Shown piece after piece: positions 12,955 to 26,469 of a stretch of DNA of 64,000 nucleotides. A model generated the notes under the pieces. The model was not told the origin of the DNA and did no database searches. It was given only the letters and a program-made list of their open reading frames with translations. Origin of the DNA: Octopus sinensis (lineage: Eukaryota); assembly GCF_006345805.1 (NCBI RefSeq), contig NC_043012.1, positions 12,090,001 to 12,154,000 on the forward strand. Direction: 5' to 3'. The position numbers and the translations under genes were made by a program. Every line of letters begins with the position of its first letter. Within the stretch, counting starts at the first letter, position 1.

Positions 12955-14776
12955 TATTATTATTTCATTTATTGGTCACCAGGGCCGACATATAGGGACA
13001 CTACAGATGTGGACAGTGGGGATTTAATACAAAACAACGAGTATACAATTAAAACAATAACAATAATATCAAACAAGAAGAATATATATAACCCCAGGTG
13101 GTTACCCCCTGGGGTAGACTCAGGTAACCCTTCGAGGGCATCTGGGAAGCGTACCCTTCTACCTCTCAAATTCATAAGCCTACAACAGCATTATTATAGT
13201 AGGTTCACTCGCAAGGGTCATTTTCGCTACTTTCATCCACCTTTTAGCAAATCTACTGGAGAGGGGCAATACTTCTCTCTCCAGCCTCATCTTCCTTACC
13301 AAGTGAAATTTGAAAAAGTTGATGAAGGATTGGCCGAAGAGAAAAGTGTCTGTCTTCAGTCCCTTCAACTTGGTCCACCATACAACCTTTTTCGGTACTG
13401 CTATCAGAGGGAAATTGCCTGCCATTCCGGACCAATGGAAGCGGTAGATCGATCTTCACCACAAACTCAGCCGATAGCCGAATCCGTCCTACACGTGATA
13501 CCAGCTGTTCAACATAACCCCACAAGTCAGTAGTGCACGGACACTGGACGAGTACGTGCAGAACTGTTTCGTTGCTCTGCGCGTTTCTGGGGCAGGTCCG
13601 TCTGACAGCACTTCCATGCCTGCAGAGTTTATCTCGAACCGGCAGTGCCCCCAGTAGCACTGCCAAGCGAGGGATTCCTGGAAGATGTCTATCGTCCTCG
13701 GTTCGAAAGTTCTCCGGAACAGACTGGTCAGTTCGAATTCGTCGACGCCCAGAGCCTTTCCGAGTGCGTCATCGCACTTTCCCACTACTAACCATCTTTG
13801 AAACGCGCGAGTGGATGTTCCACTGACTGCATTGCCCACCTGGTAGAGGGTAGTGAGTGCTGGGCAACATTCCAGATGCCAGTCACCCTGTCTCAGCGTC
13901 TACTTGACAAAGGACTGCAGCTCAATCAAGGAGACGAGCTGACGAAAGGCCTGTTTGACAAACGGCGACCATACTTCTTCACCATTTAGGCAAAATATCT
14001 GGAGATTCCGCTGCCTCAGCGCATATCTGCGCATCATTAGCCACGGCATGCCCAGCCCTCCGTGTAGAGGCTGCTGGTAGCAGATGGACCGCCTTACCAA
14101 TGGAACCTCTCCGCTAGAATTTGAAGAGGAGGCGCTCCAACTTGGCTAGGCACGACGGTCAGGCGGTAGTAGATGACGGACGCGATTTACGCATTCGCCA
14201 CCTCCGACCGACCTTTCAGTGACAGCCCATTTCTGGGTGAGACTGGTTACCCTGCTCGTTACGTCGTCCCAGTTCTTAACCACCTTGAGGTTTGGTCCGA
14301 ACCAAACCTCAATCAACTTTACCGGTTCATCAGTCCAGCGCCCAACGACGTTGTTGGACGTCATAGACTTGCCTCTATAGGTGCCGAATTGCAAGCCCAC
14401 CGACTTTTCAGCGTTAAATTTTTGCTCCCATCAATTTTTCATATTCCTCCAATGATGTGCCCACCAACTCGATATCTGAGGTGTCCGACACCATCATGTT
14501 GATGTCGTCCGCATAAGCCAGCACAGCCCTTCTGCGTCCCGGTTCTATCTTCCGCAGTATAGGCTCAAGAGTCAATACTACAGAAAGGAGGAGCGAGGAC
14601 ACCCTTGACGGACCGATCGAGAGATCTGAAACGGTTCCGATAGGTGGCCATTAACTTTGACCATCAAGATGCCACTGTGCATTGCAGCGATCCAACCTCT
14701 GAAGATAGGGCCGAAGCTACCCGCTTTCAGCACAGCCTCCAGATACCGGTGGTCGAACTTATCGAATGTTTCCATT
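12884..14776 (-). mobile_element. 5'-truncated Tx1/L1-clade non-LTR retrotransposon (ORF2 remnant, 3' UTR, (AAT)n tail)
   Basis: Frameshifted ORF pieces carry RT motifs FDKFDHRYL, VKVNG..S..F.I.RSVRQGCP and LAYADD, the thumb motif P..GGLG.P, and a C-terminal CPR..QSNETVLH.LVQC knuckle. AATAAA and an (AAT)n tail at 12884-12970. Confidence 0.9.
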
Positions 14777-14809
14777 GATATAAATTAATTAGAAACTTCC
14801 CCGAAACCA

Positions 14810-14906
14810 GTAGAAGACACTTGCTCAAGGCGCCACGCAGTGGAACTGAACCCAGAGCCATGTGGTTGGTAAGCAAGCTACTTACCACACAGCCACGCCT
14901 GCGCCT
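14810..14906 (-). mobile_element. Family A SINE 5' fragment
   Basis: Matches the head of the 37166-37566 copy; sits at the LINE truncation point. Confidence 0.75.
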
Positions 14907-15516
14907 ATATATATATATATATATATATGACTGAAACAAATAAGAGAATATATACTGAAATAGTGGAGAAGATATGATATTGCTGTGGGCTCGCTCTAGG
15001 CAAGAAAAAATAGCAATTAGTATCAAATGTATCAAGGACTTGAACTCGAATATGTCGCTTTGCATGAATGGGAGAAATTAAAAGATGAAAAATTTAATTG
15101 AGTGCAGAAGTGAATTAGTCCAGATGGAGCTGTGCGCATACCATTTACTATAGCTGCTAGATTGAATTATATGCTTATAAAGTAGCATTCAGTATCTATG
15201 AGAATTTTGGGGAGTACGTAATGTCTGGTCTTTCGCATGTAGCGGGTATGTAATTGTGCATTTGTTTCCGTGTACTATGTATTGTGTGTAAAAAACATCC
15301 TGACGAGGGGAGTGTCAATTTTAAATATATGATATATCTCATATTAGTTGGTGCATCTCCGAAACGGCTCCGAAAAGATGAACTTTTATGTATTTTTGTA
15401 AATTTGTATATTTATCATCTATGCATTTTTCTCTGGAATTTTAATTCGTCTTTTTAATATGTCATTGTATGTTTTATTACCCCAAATTTTTAATTTAACA
15501 AATTTATACCAAACTA

Positions 15517-15542
15517 GCCCGTTGCCGGGGCATAATGCTAGT
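15517..15542 (+). mobile_element. Possible Helitron 3' terminus
   Basis: GC-rich hairpin CCCG-TTGC-CGGG followed 8 nt later by CTAG|T, the canonical Helitron 3' signature. No matching 5' end identified. Confidence 0.4.
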
Positions 15543-15545
15543 ATA

Positions 15546-15577
<32 letters not shown>

Positions 15578-15581
<4 letters not shown>

Positions 15582-15917
15582 AGGCGCATAGCCCGGTGGT
15601 TAGATTGTCGTGTTTGCAATCGTGAGGTTGTGAGCTCGAATCCCGGACCGGGCTGCGTGTTGTGATCTTCAGCAAGACATTTTATTTCCCGTGGCTCCAG
15701 TTCACTCAGATGTAGAAATGAGATGGCGACGTCACAGGTGCCAAGCTGTATCGGCCCCTTTGCCTTTCCATTGGATAACACCGGTGGCGTGGAGAGGGGA
15801 GGCCGTTATGCATGGGGGACTGCTTGTCTCCAATAAACAACCTTGCCCCCGGACTTGTGCCTGAGAGAGTAACTTTCTAGGTGCATCCCATGGTCAGTCA
15901 TGACCGAAGGTTGTCTC
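15578..15917 (+). mobile_element. tRNA-headed SINE, family D
   Basis: A box TAGCCCGGTGG and B box GCTCGAATCC. Its 3' half matches a partial minus-strand copy at ~17575-17755. Confidence 0.75.
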
Positions 15918-15929
15918 AGATACATATAC

Positions 15930-15962
<33 letters not shown>

Positions 15963-16970
15963 ATATATATTATATATATATAGTCGGATGTTCAAAGGTG
16001 CTAAATTTAGTTCTCAAACTGTAACGAAATGAAATTACCTTTTCATTAGTAAATAAAAGAGGAAGCCTTTTACTTTTCTAATGCCCGATAAAACGTACGA
16101 TGAGAATTGAAATGAAAATCTTGCTTAAGAAAGTCTTGCTTATTGATTTCTTTTATTTTATGTTTTAATGATCATATATTGATTTCACCATCGTCTGATG
16201 TAGATGTAGTTAAATGTATAAGTTCTACATAGACTTATGGCGTTTCTCTCATCGACTTTCACGGTTCACTTCCTGTACGAGGCTCTTCATCATTGTCCTC
16301 ATTAGCATTACTACTACTACTACTACTACTAATAATAATAATGGTAGTAGTATTATTAGAAATGCGTTTTTTTCTTCCCCACCTTACAATGAAACGAGCA
16401 CTTAGGTGAATTACTAACATATACTAACGATATATTGATTTCTTAAGGGAGTTATATTCGAAACTAATCGAAGCTTGACAAAGGAAGACTTGCGTTCATA
16501 GTGTAAAAGTGTATGGAAGCCAAAAATAAAAACAAGCAAAACTAGAAATGAAAATAAACGAACATAAATTTGTAAAATATAGCGAATGACCAACCGCTGA
16601 GCGAACTTAGCTAGTTCGAATCCTGGAATATAAGTAGGCGTGGTGTTTTGTTTTAGCTTACCGGAACTGGGCCTGTTTGAACGTGTCCATGTGTGGGTGT
16701 ACATAATGAAAATCGTTAATAGTTAGTCGATAGCTAAACAGGTAAATGTTATATTTAAATGGATTTTGCGAAGCATTAGGTGAAGTTGAGAAAGAGATAT
16801 GATCGTTTTGATAGAGATATTTATATATGTAGCTAGAGGAATCTTTTCACTGGAAACATACCAAAAGAGTTTGACCTTCAAACTCTTCCCCTGCAAATAT
16901 GGAAGTGCTACTAGTAAAGCAGTTTAGTACTAAATAACATAGAAATAGTCCTGACACTTATTTTCAAGAT

Positions 16971-16971
<1 letters not shown>

Positions 16972-17010
<39 letters not shown>

Positions 17011-17118
17011 TAGTAGTAGTGGTGGTAGTAGTAGTAGTTGTAGTGGTAGTAGTAGTTGTAGTGGTAGTAGTAGTAGTAGTGGTAGTAGTATTAGTAGTTG
17101 TAGTGGTAGTAGTAGTTA

Positions 17119-17159
<41 letters not shown>

Positions 17160-17178
17160 AAGCCACCAATTTTTGGAG
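16972..17178. repeat. (TAG/GTA)n microsatellite, ~200 bp
   Basis: Direct reading. Confidence 0.95.
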
Positions 17179-17760
17179 AGGGGTTAAGCCTATTACATCG
17201 AGCCTAATGCTCAACTGGTACTTTTGTTATCGACACCGAAAGGATGAATTTGAACTGAGAAAATAAAGATGGATGAAACTTTGCTGAGCATTTTGCCCGG
17301 GTTGCCAACATCGATTTTGCCAATATTGACATTATTGATAATAATCATAGAGTCTAATGGAACCTCACCTCGATTTAAACGTATGAATGTTCTTCTGTTC
17401 AATTAGCTCGCATAGTGGCTTAGTATAGCATAAAGGACAAATTCGGCACCATATTACAACGTATAAAATCTTAAGTGAAGTTCACTGTCTTTGTGGATTT
17501 CTGAATAGCTAACACGTGCCTTCCACCCCGCAATCGTTTTAATTTCAACACACGGCCTCGAATCCAAATGCTTGTCATGCAAGTTGTGACCATGGGATTG
17601 CACCTAGAAAGTTGCCCTCCGAGGCACAAGTCAAGGCAAGGTTGTTTATGGAAGACCAGCAGTCGCCCATGCATACCAGCCACCCCTCTCCAGGCCAGCG
17701 ATGTTATCCAAGGGAAGGGCAAAGGCTGATACAGCTTGGCACCAGTGACACAGCAGCTCT

Positions 17761-18038
17761 GTTATTAACGTGAAAGTGGCTGAGCACTCCACAGACACGT
17801 GTACCCTTAACGTAGTTCTCGGGGAGATTCAGTGTGACACAGAGTGTGACGTACGACAGAAACAGGAAGAAAGAGTGAGAGAAAGAGTACAGCAGGGTTG
17901 ACGCCCCCTGCCGGAGTCTCGTGGAACTTTAAGGTGTTTTCGCTCAATAAACACTCACGATTCCCGGTCTGGGAATCGAAACTGCGATCCTACGACCGCG
18001 AGTCCGCTGCCCTAACCATTGGGCTATTGCGCCTCCAC
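17761..18038 (-). mobile_element. Family C SINE head with alternative 3' tail
   Basis: Head GTGGAGGCGCAATAGCCCAATGGTTAGGGCAGCGGACTCGCGG...GTTTCGATTCCCAGACCGGG matches the 26703 and 51811 copies. The tail (GTCACACTGAATCTCCCCGAGAACTACG...) differs. Confidence 0.8.
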
Positions 18039-18653
18039 TTGTCATGCAAGTACACTCCAACAATTCATTAGCTTTGTTTGGTTCCATCCTTTTTCTCCTT
18101 TTATGGTTCTTACACTCTCAAGCAAAGCCGCCTTGATAAACAGTCGGTGCTCGTACACTTAATAGGATCTTAATTTTTTTTTTTGCATTGAACCAACACA
18201 GACAGCTCTTATTCTCGAATATATTTCGTTAAGTGTATCAGGGAAGAGCCTTTTGGCGTCTGTATGTAACAAAATATAAGCATAATTGGAGATGATAACT
18301 TTAATTAATCCGATGAGATAATCATTTTGAGATAATCAATGCACTTCAAATATATTTAAAACAAATAAAAAAACAAAGCCAAAACAATGAGTTAAACAAA
18401 TAACACCACAGGATTAACGTTGAATCTTAAAATCAATGAGTAAACCAGAAAATATTGGAAACTCTAGATGTTCTGCTGTTTTCTGTCTCTGACAGCCATT
18501 CATGACAGACATAAACTCACTATCAGTGTACGTTTTAATAATGACATTTGTGCTGTTAAATAGTGAATGTTTCATAGCAGGGTTGTAAAAAACGTGTATT
18601 TCTCATGAAAAAACACAGCATATCTTACAAGCATCAATATATTAATACATTTA

Positions 18654-19693
18654 AGGCGGCGATCTGGCAGAAACGTTAGCATACCGGGTCAAATGCTTAG
18701 CGGCATTTTACCCGTCTTTACGTTTTGATTTAAAATTTGCCCAGTTCAGCTTTGCCCTTCATCCTTTCGGATCGATAAAATAAGTAATCGACTAATCCCC
18801 TCCCCTGAAATTGCTGGAGTTGTGGCAAAATTTGAAACCAATGTATGAATACATTTAAAAATCTTTCTACTCTAGGCACAAGGCCCGAAATTTTTGGGGA
18901 AGGGGCCAGTCGATTAGATCGACCCCAGTACGCAGTTGGTACTTAATTTATCGACTCCGAAAGGATGAAAGGCAAAGTCGACTTCGACGGAATTTGAACT
19001 CTGAACGTATATATGTAGACATACTGTAAGGATCCGCATGTCGAGCTGGCAAAATCGTTACACACCGACTAAATTCCGAGTATTATTTCATCCGTTTTTA
19101 TATTCTGAGTTCTAATTCCACCCCATCAACTTTGCCGTTCATCCTTCCGGGGTTGATTAAATAAGTACTAGATGATCACAACCTCGAAAATTGCTGGTCT
19201 TATTTTAAAATAAATATTATTATGAAGACCTATTTTTGTACCAAACGAAAACAAGTCAACCACAAATAATATTAACTGCAGTAGATTAATGGGAATGAAC
19301 TGAATAGTTTACTATATCTGATAGAAATAATCCTGAAGGTGCGTGATCTAGTGATTAGGAGGTTGCGCTCACTAAAGTTAAGACGCGAGTTCGATTCTTA
19401 GACCGTACAGTGTGGTTTGTCCTTCAATAATGTAGTTCAGTTAAGGCGGCGAGCTGGCAGAAACTTAATCCCTTTGTTTGTCCTTGTGTGTCCCCTCTGT
19501 GTTTAGCCACTTGTGGGTAGTAAAGAAATAGGTATTTCGCCTGTCTTTACGTTCTGAGTTCATATTCCGCAGAGGTCAACTTTGCCTTTCATCCTTTCGG
19601 GGTTGATAAATTATGTACCAGTTGCGTACTGGGGTCGATCTAATCAACTGGCCCCCTCCCACAAAATTTCGGGCCTTGTGCCTAGAGTAGAAA
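18654..19693. mobile_element. Cluster of four family B SINE copies or fragments (+,-,+,+)
   Basis: Repeated GGCGGCGAGCTGGCAGAAACG head and CTTTGCCTTTCATCCTTTCGGGGTCGATAAA core. Confidence 0.85.
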
Positions 19694-20372
19694 AATAAAT
19701 ACAATGTAGTTCATTTCACACATCTGCAGTATATTCAGCTGAGACTGAATACCAGTGGCACCTGGAAGCTCACCTTGGTGGGTACGAGCATTATGAACGC
19801 TCAGGTAGACAGACGTGAGGCTAATCAACAACAACATTAAGGAACTAGAAGACAAAATTCTTAGCACTAATTGGTTAAATAATTTTGACATTCTAATTAA
19901 ATATATACGCGATCGATGTAGTGCTCCGTGCTTTCGGAAGTCGATGATATAAATTTCGGTTACATAATTTTGATCGATCAAATCGGCAACAGCCTGGCTC
20001 AGTGTAAGACGTTCATGCTATTGTGTAAACTGAAGTGACAAGAATTTTCACACACGCGTTCACAGGCACGTAGCCCATCCCACACATATGTCCAGACATA
20101 TGCACGCACACACACACTTTCATACGTGCACACGCTCACACATGCTCTCTCTCTCTCTCTCTCTCTCTCTCCCTAATGAAGACTTAGTAACAGGCACTCA
20201 AACACGTATAAATAGACAAACATACTCGCAGACACGCTTAGTTTACTTACGATCAACATCTGGCACCTTCGTCACTTTGCGGTGTCTATAAACGCCATAA
20301 AGATACATTAAGATAGATTTAGGAGTTGCTTTATCTGCCTGCCAGAAACAGCAACTGAATTCAATTAAATCA

Positions 20373-20560
20373 TCTATTATATAAAATCCGTTCTGTCTGT
20401 CTTCTAGGATCTCGGGCATCCTCCATCCGATTGCGCTCAAATTTGATATGTAGATACCGACGGTATCAGGACGTGTATAAGATTTTAAAAAATTACAAAA
20501 GTCGATTCCAGGTGAGAATGCGATCGATAAAGCCGTGGGAACGTGTATTTGTACGCGCAA
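20373..20560 (+). mobile_element. Possible non-autonomous Helitron-like 5' end
   Basis: A|TCTATTATATAAAA start followed by TCTGTCTGTC and CCGATTGCGCTCAAATTTG resembles Helitron MITE 5' ends as I recall them. No 3' hairpin/CTAG found. Confidence 0.35.
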
Positions 20561-21024
20561 GTACATCAGTGGAAATCGGTCTTTTGCTGGTGTCTCAAAT
20601 TTAGGTTAAATCAGTGTTTCTCAAAGAGGAGGCCTATGGGACGGTCGGAGAAGTTGTTTTGAGAAAATCTGGTTTAAATGTTTGACAACTCAGCACTGTC
20701 CATTGCTCGTATTAATTAAAGAGGAAGGACAAACTGGACAATAAATACTAAGTTATGAAAAAATAGAGGGGGATGGAACTGGAATCCTAGATTTACTCGA
20801 TCAAGACTGACGTGAGAATAATTAACAACAACACCAATTAAGGAACTACATGATACTCTGTAGGAAACATTCGGCCCCCAGTGTTTAGTTCAAGGATACT
20901 GCCTCAACTTTCACCATCCGTCCACCCGTCGGTCTCTCCCCACCTATGAGTCTCAGAGGTTCTGTAGACGGTCATGTGCTCAGACTTTCTTTATGCCTAG
21001 TATATAAACAATACCTATACACAG

Positions 21025-21260
21025 GTGAAGGCGGCGAGCTGGCAGAAACGTTAGCACGCCGGGGGAAATGCGTAGCCGTATTTCGTCTGCCGTTACGTTG
21101 TGAGTTCAAAATCCGCCGTGGTCGACTTTGCCTTTCATCCTTTTGGGGTCGATAAATTACGTACCAGTCACGCACTGGGGTCGATGTAATCGACTTAATT
21201 CCTTTGTCTGCCCTTGTTTGTCCCCTCTATGTTTAGCCCCTTGTGGGCAATAAAGAAATA
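21025..21260 (+). mobile_element. Family B SINE, full length with 15-bp TSD
   Basis: A/B box-like head. Perfect target-site duplication AATACCTATACACAG at 21010-21024 and 21261-21275. Confidence 0.92.
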
Positions 21261-23039
21261 AATACCTATACACAGATTTAAAAGGGACGTAAGTCAGAGT
21301 GTCTCCAATGCTGAGGAGAGTATTGAAACTCAGAACTCGGAAGATATAAGAAGCCATTTTCAGATTCACATTGGTTTCAGCGCCTTGTCAATGTACGAGT
21401 ATAGGCGGAGCTTTATTGGATTTGAATTAAGCAGTGGCTGGAAACAAAGAGCAAACAGAATTAGTGATCGCGCTCAAAGTATAAATACTTCACTGAGTAC
21501 AAAAAAATATTGTAAATCGGTCACCAGCAACTATTATAGAATACTCTAGCATCACTTATAGAAGTAGTATAGAAGTAATATGCCAAATAATCGATGGCAC
21601 GAACTGGTCAGGTACTGTAATGTTTTAAATAATTAATAGCAAGTAGAAATTTTCTTTTCACTGTGTAAAACAACAAAACACGAAATACTGGATATTTCTA
21701 CTTGCTTTGCATTTATTTTTTGTTTCTATTTTGAGCAGTGCAACTGGTAGAGAAGATAGAACAATGGGGATAGACTCTCGTTTGGTATCTCGCCAGTTTT
21801 GAGATATCATGCTAATGGGGCCGATGGTATCTTTCATTATATTTGAAGTCAATTTGCTACAGCAATTTCTTGTTCAGTGTATATATTCTGTAAAAAGCTG
21901 TACATTAGTGCTCGAGCACTTCTCATAATTGAACATAGAGATGCCATGCGGTGTCATTGACGACCATCCACGCGGCGTAATATACTTCAGTCAGAGAGAG
22001 GGAGAGACAGAAAAAGAGAGATGGAGAATGAGGGAAGAGGGAGAAGGAGAGAGATCGAGTGAGAAAGAGAGAGAAGAATATCAACTTTTGTACTCGATTG
22101 GTACTTTATTTACTGGTCCCATAAAATGACAAGAAAATTTGAATTTGGCAGGATTTGAACTTACTACGCTGAGAGCCAGAACTAAAGTCATCATTGGACT
22201 GCAGCCCTGCTGGGGCATCGTGTTGAATGGGTTTAGTCGAACAAGTTGACCCTAGTAATTTTTAAAGTATGATATTGATTCAATCGGTCAATCTTGCCGA
22301 ACCGCTAAATTATGGGGACGTAAACAAACCAAAACCGGCTGTCAAGCATTGGTGACGAGACACACATAAAGACATGCCCTACATACGCATGTGCACAGGA
22401 ATGTGCAGACACACGCGCATACACACAGGCATACACACACGCATACTCACACACACACACATACACACACACATATATATACACACATACACGCTTCCGT
22501 CTACAAATTCATTCAAAGATCCAAATTCACTTAGAAATCCAAACTCACTCAGAATGTACTTGAAGATGCTTAATGTTGTGTGCCATGAGATTGAACCTGA
22601 AACAAGGTAGTTGCAAACAGAATTTCTCGACAGCCATGTCTGCAGTTCATTAAGTTTATATAATGCAACAATTTTGCTGTTATTTAAGCAATTGAGCAAT
22701 TATAACTATATTAAGGCAAGCATTGAATATTGCCAAGCATGTTTACGGGCCACTAAGAGAAAGTTGTAAAAGCGTATATTAAAGATTTACATATTTACAG
22801 GGTTACATTATATCAAATCACATACAATAGGTTCTACGTCTTACATCTCTATCTATTTTGTGTTACTGTCTTATTAGCTTCTCCTATTCGTGTATCGATT
22901 CCTGTTTACCATTCTGTGCACGTTCAATGTGCATGCAGGTATGCATGTATGTATGCATGTATGTATGTATGTATGTATGTGGGTATATTTGTATGTTTGT
23001 ATGTATGTATGTATGTATGTATGTATGTATGTTTGCATG

Positions 23040-23073
<34 letters not shown>

Positions 23074-23074
<1 letters not shown>

Positions 23075-23303
23075 GTAAAAATAAGTCAAAATAGAAAATG
23101 CTAAAATAATTTTATAGTGAACATTTCAGTACCGGTTTCGGTCATTTTGAGACCTTTTCAACTGTAACGATTAAATAATTAAAATTAGGAAAATTAGAAG
23201 AAAAGTTTTTTTAAAGGAATATTTCTATAGTAGTGTTCAGATATAAGTGGCATTCTGCCTTTCTCTGACTCCCTTGTTTGCACTTGTGTGTTGGAGGTCG
23301 TTG
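23074..23303 (-). mobile_element. 230-bp element inserted in (TA)n, Penelope pLTR-like
   Basis: Flanked by TA microsatellite on both sides; carries a hammerhead fold at 23122-23169. Confidence 0.6.
23122..23169 (-). ncRNA. Type I minimal hammerhead ribozyme, U3-A8 core variant
   Basis: RNA CGUUACAG-UUGAAAA-GGUC(UCAAAAU)GACC-GAAA-CCGGUA-CUGAAAUG. Stem I has 7 of 8 pairs, stem II 4 bp, stem III is the palindrome ACCGGU, cleavage triplet GUA. Confidence 0.7.
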
Positions 23304-23393
<90 letters not shown>

Positions 23394-23856
23394 AATTTAA
23401 ATTGAATTTTTTTTTGATAAAATTAAATTGAATTGATTTTATTATTATAAATTTGAAAATATAGCCACGAAACGCAGGTAGTCGATATACTAATTATATA
23501 CTATTTATTTATTATTTGGTAGTGTATATATTTTAGGTAGTTGTTTTATTGTATCTGTAATTTTTTTCGATATGATTTAAGTATATCATTGTTGAATGGG
23601 TTAATGGTGGTTCTTCTCTCCCCTCTCTCCCTCTATACATACACACACACATATATATATGTATATAATATGTATATTCTGTGCACATCTTAGTGTACAT
23701 ATATACTCACTTACACATGCATACATATATCTTTATATTATGCATGTTGTATATCAAACACAAGATACATATTTATAGATACATATGTCTGTCTGCCTGT
23801 CTTCTCTCTATATGTCTGCCTTTGTACCTGTCTGTTTATATACATTATATACATAG

Positions 23857-23891
<35 letters not shown>

Positions 23892-23988
23892 ACACACACA
23901 CACACATAATTTAAATTTGTATTCATATGCTTCAATATATAAGTTATGCATATACATGTAAAAAATATATATAATGTAACATAAAATA

Positions 23989-24013
23989 TTCTTTATTTCT
24001 ATTTCAGGTAAGT
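23989..24013 (+). promoter_or_regulatory. Recursive-splice-site-like motif (3' splice site fused to 5' splice site)
   Basis: TTCTTTATTTCTATTTCAG|GTAAGT, with AG at 24006-24007 and GT at 24008-24009. Confidence 0.45.
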
Positions 24014-24870
24014 AATGCGATAACTTCTAAAGAAATCTAGCAAGGTGAAAAGGTAAAAAAGAAAAACCAGTTTGTTTCCATATTTCTATTCTATATCTGT
24101 GTATTAAGGCCACTATTTGTTTCAGGTTAAAGAAATTCTTCATAATTATACAAGCTAATCACATACAAAAATTGGTATTGTCTACATTTTGGAGACAAAA
24201 TGAAACTAATTGCAACATTAATACAGACATAATGTGTTGTGCCTGGGGAGAGTCATTTTGTTTTTATGCCTTATAATGTAACACACTCACTTGTAAAATT
24301 TCCACGAATGTGTTACATTATACGGCACAAAAAGAAAATGACTCTCCCCAGACACAACAGAACATGCTTCAACACGCGAACACATAAAGAATCTTTCAAA
24401 CCAAATCCAAAAACGAATCACAAATAATCTTTATCTTCCAAATCAGTGTTGAGCCCTCACTCATTCTCATTGTTAAATATATATATATATATATATAAAT
24501 ATATATATATAAAATACCTGATTTCAAAATTAAAGTATTGTTCAACCTGTGGGGATGTGACACTCGTTTGAATGGTTCGTCTCATGTAAATGAAATAAAC
24601 GTGCGCTTGTAATATTACTTGTCTGTTGAGTGTGTTTTCTTTTTTTTTTCTTTTTTTTTACCTAAGGCTGTAATATATTAAGATCATCGACACTTAACGT
24701 TCACTCATGAATTGTAGTAATTCGTGACAAGCTTCAATAGATATCGGTCTAGTGTTCTCTAATCAAACGAACTCGTTTGGTAAGATCTGTAGATCCCAAT
24801 ATGCAGTTGTCACGAATCACGTATGTATGCACGTGTATATATATATATACATACATACATACATACATAC

Positions 24871-24931
<61 letters not shown>

Positions 24932-24947
24932 CATATACATATATATG

Positions 24948-24991
<44 letters not shown>

Positions 24992-25047
24992 TATGTATAT
25001 ATATATATCTGTAATCTGTATATATATATACACATAAGCATATGCAT

Positions 25048-25090
<43 letters not shown>

Positions 25091-25383
25091 TAAGTTTCAG
25101 GGATCAAGTTGTAGGAAGAAAGTTAGCTTCAAGCAATCCGAAGTAAATATTAAAAAAAAAGTAACTTTCGGAGACAATAGTAGTTTATTGAAACGGGTGT
25201 TGAGGATTATTTCCGTATCGAAGAAACGATAAGCTGAAAAAAGGTCTTTTTATATTCCAGGGTAAGCGACCAGAGCTGCCGGGTGTGGGAATAAGAATAC
25301 AAGAGTTACAGAATGGTGTAGGAATGATCCGGGCTACATATGTTTCATAGCAAGTTCATGTAGTCCGGATCTTTCCTACTCCA

Positions 25384-25464
<81 letters not shown>

Positions 25465-26469
25465 ATGATTTGACAGCTGTTGACTAGTAGATCAGTATAA
25501 CAATCATTGATAAAACAATGCCTTTACAAACCTTTCAGATTCAATAACACTTGTGCATCACCTGATAGTCCCTCTCCATCCTATTACCGTGATCCAGACA
25601 CAAGCCGAGAGAAGATATCTAGCGTCAATTTGCGATGCAATCTCACAGCTCTCAGAACGTCATGGTCTTAGGCAGAATATCCTCAAAATATTGGATACCA
25701 TTTGCTACATCTCCAGTTTTGTATCAGAGCGACCTTATAGTAACATGTTTTTAAAAAGCTGAGGGGTGCCTCACTTCCTGTGGACTTTCAGCGGGAACCA
25801 ATTCGAATTTCAGAGTGCCCGTGCTATTGCTAGATGGTCGTCAAATTTACACTGGGTCCATCGGCCCTTTCATAAGGACTTTCTTATAGGTACTGCTGGG
25901 TTTCTAGTATCCATCTTCACGAGTCAAACCTGGTGGAGGTGCCGGTTTAGACACTGACGACCCGACAAAGGAACAAACTGTAACTGTAAACTTTATTCAT
26001 GGATTAGCAATGCTACGAATGTTTTTATGTCTACGATGTTCTTTCCGTTCTCATCTTCCAAATCCACTTCCAAAGCCTTGTATTGTCTGCTATGCATATA
26101 TAAATCTATTTATGTGTGGCTTTGTGTTTGTGTTCGTGTCTCACTACCACGTTATAGCGAGCGTTGTTTCGTTTACATACCTCAGCATGGCCGTTATCCA
26201 GTGACTGAAACAAGGAAAAAGGAAAAAAGACAGTGAAATAAAAATACCATGTAATTTAAAACCTGCTGGAAATAACAGGCATACAACCCTCAAATCACTC
26301 TTCTACCATCTAAAATTGACGGGCACATTTCGTAATGTAGTCTTTATAAATTATGCATTCTTTGAGAAACAGGATAGGCATGGATGGAATACATTTGATT
26401 CGTAGGCTTGCCCGATTAGGTTTAACTAGGGACTCAACAGTCCTCAAACAACAACCGTCATCAGCAACA

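Noticed and set aside
19730-19804. 75-nt exon-like segment open in two plus-strand frames, with a minus-strand donor as well
   Set aside because: Adjacent sequence recurs at ~20810-20850, suggesting repeat origin, and the strand cannot be decided.
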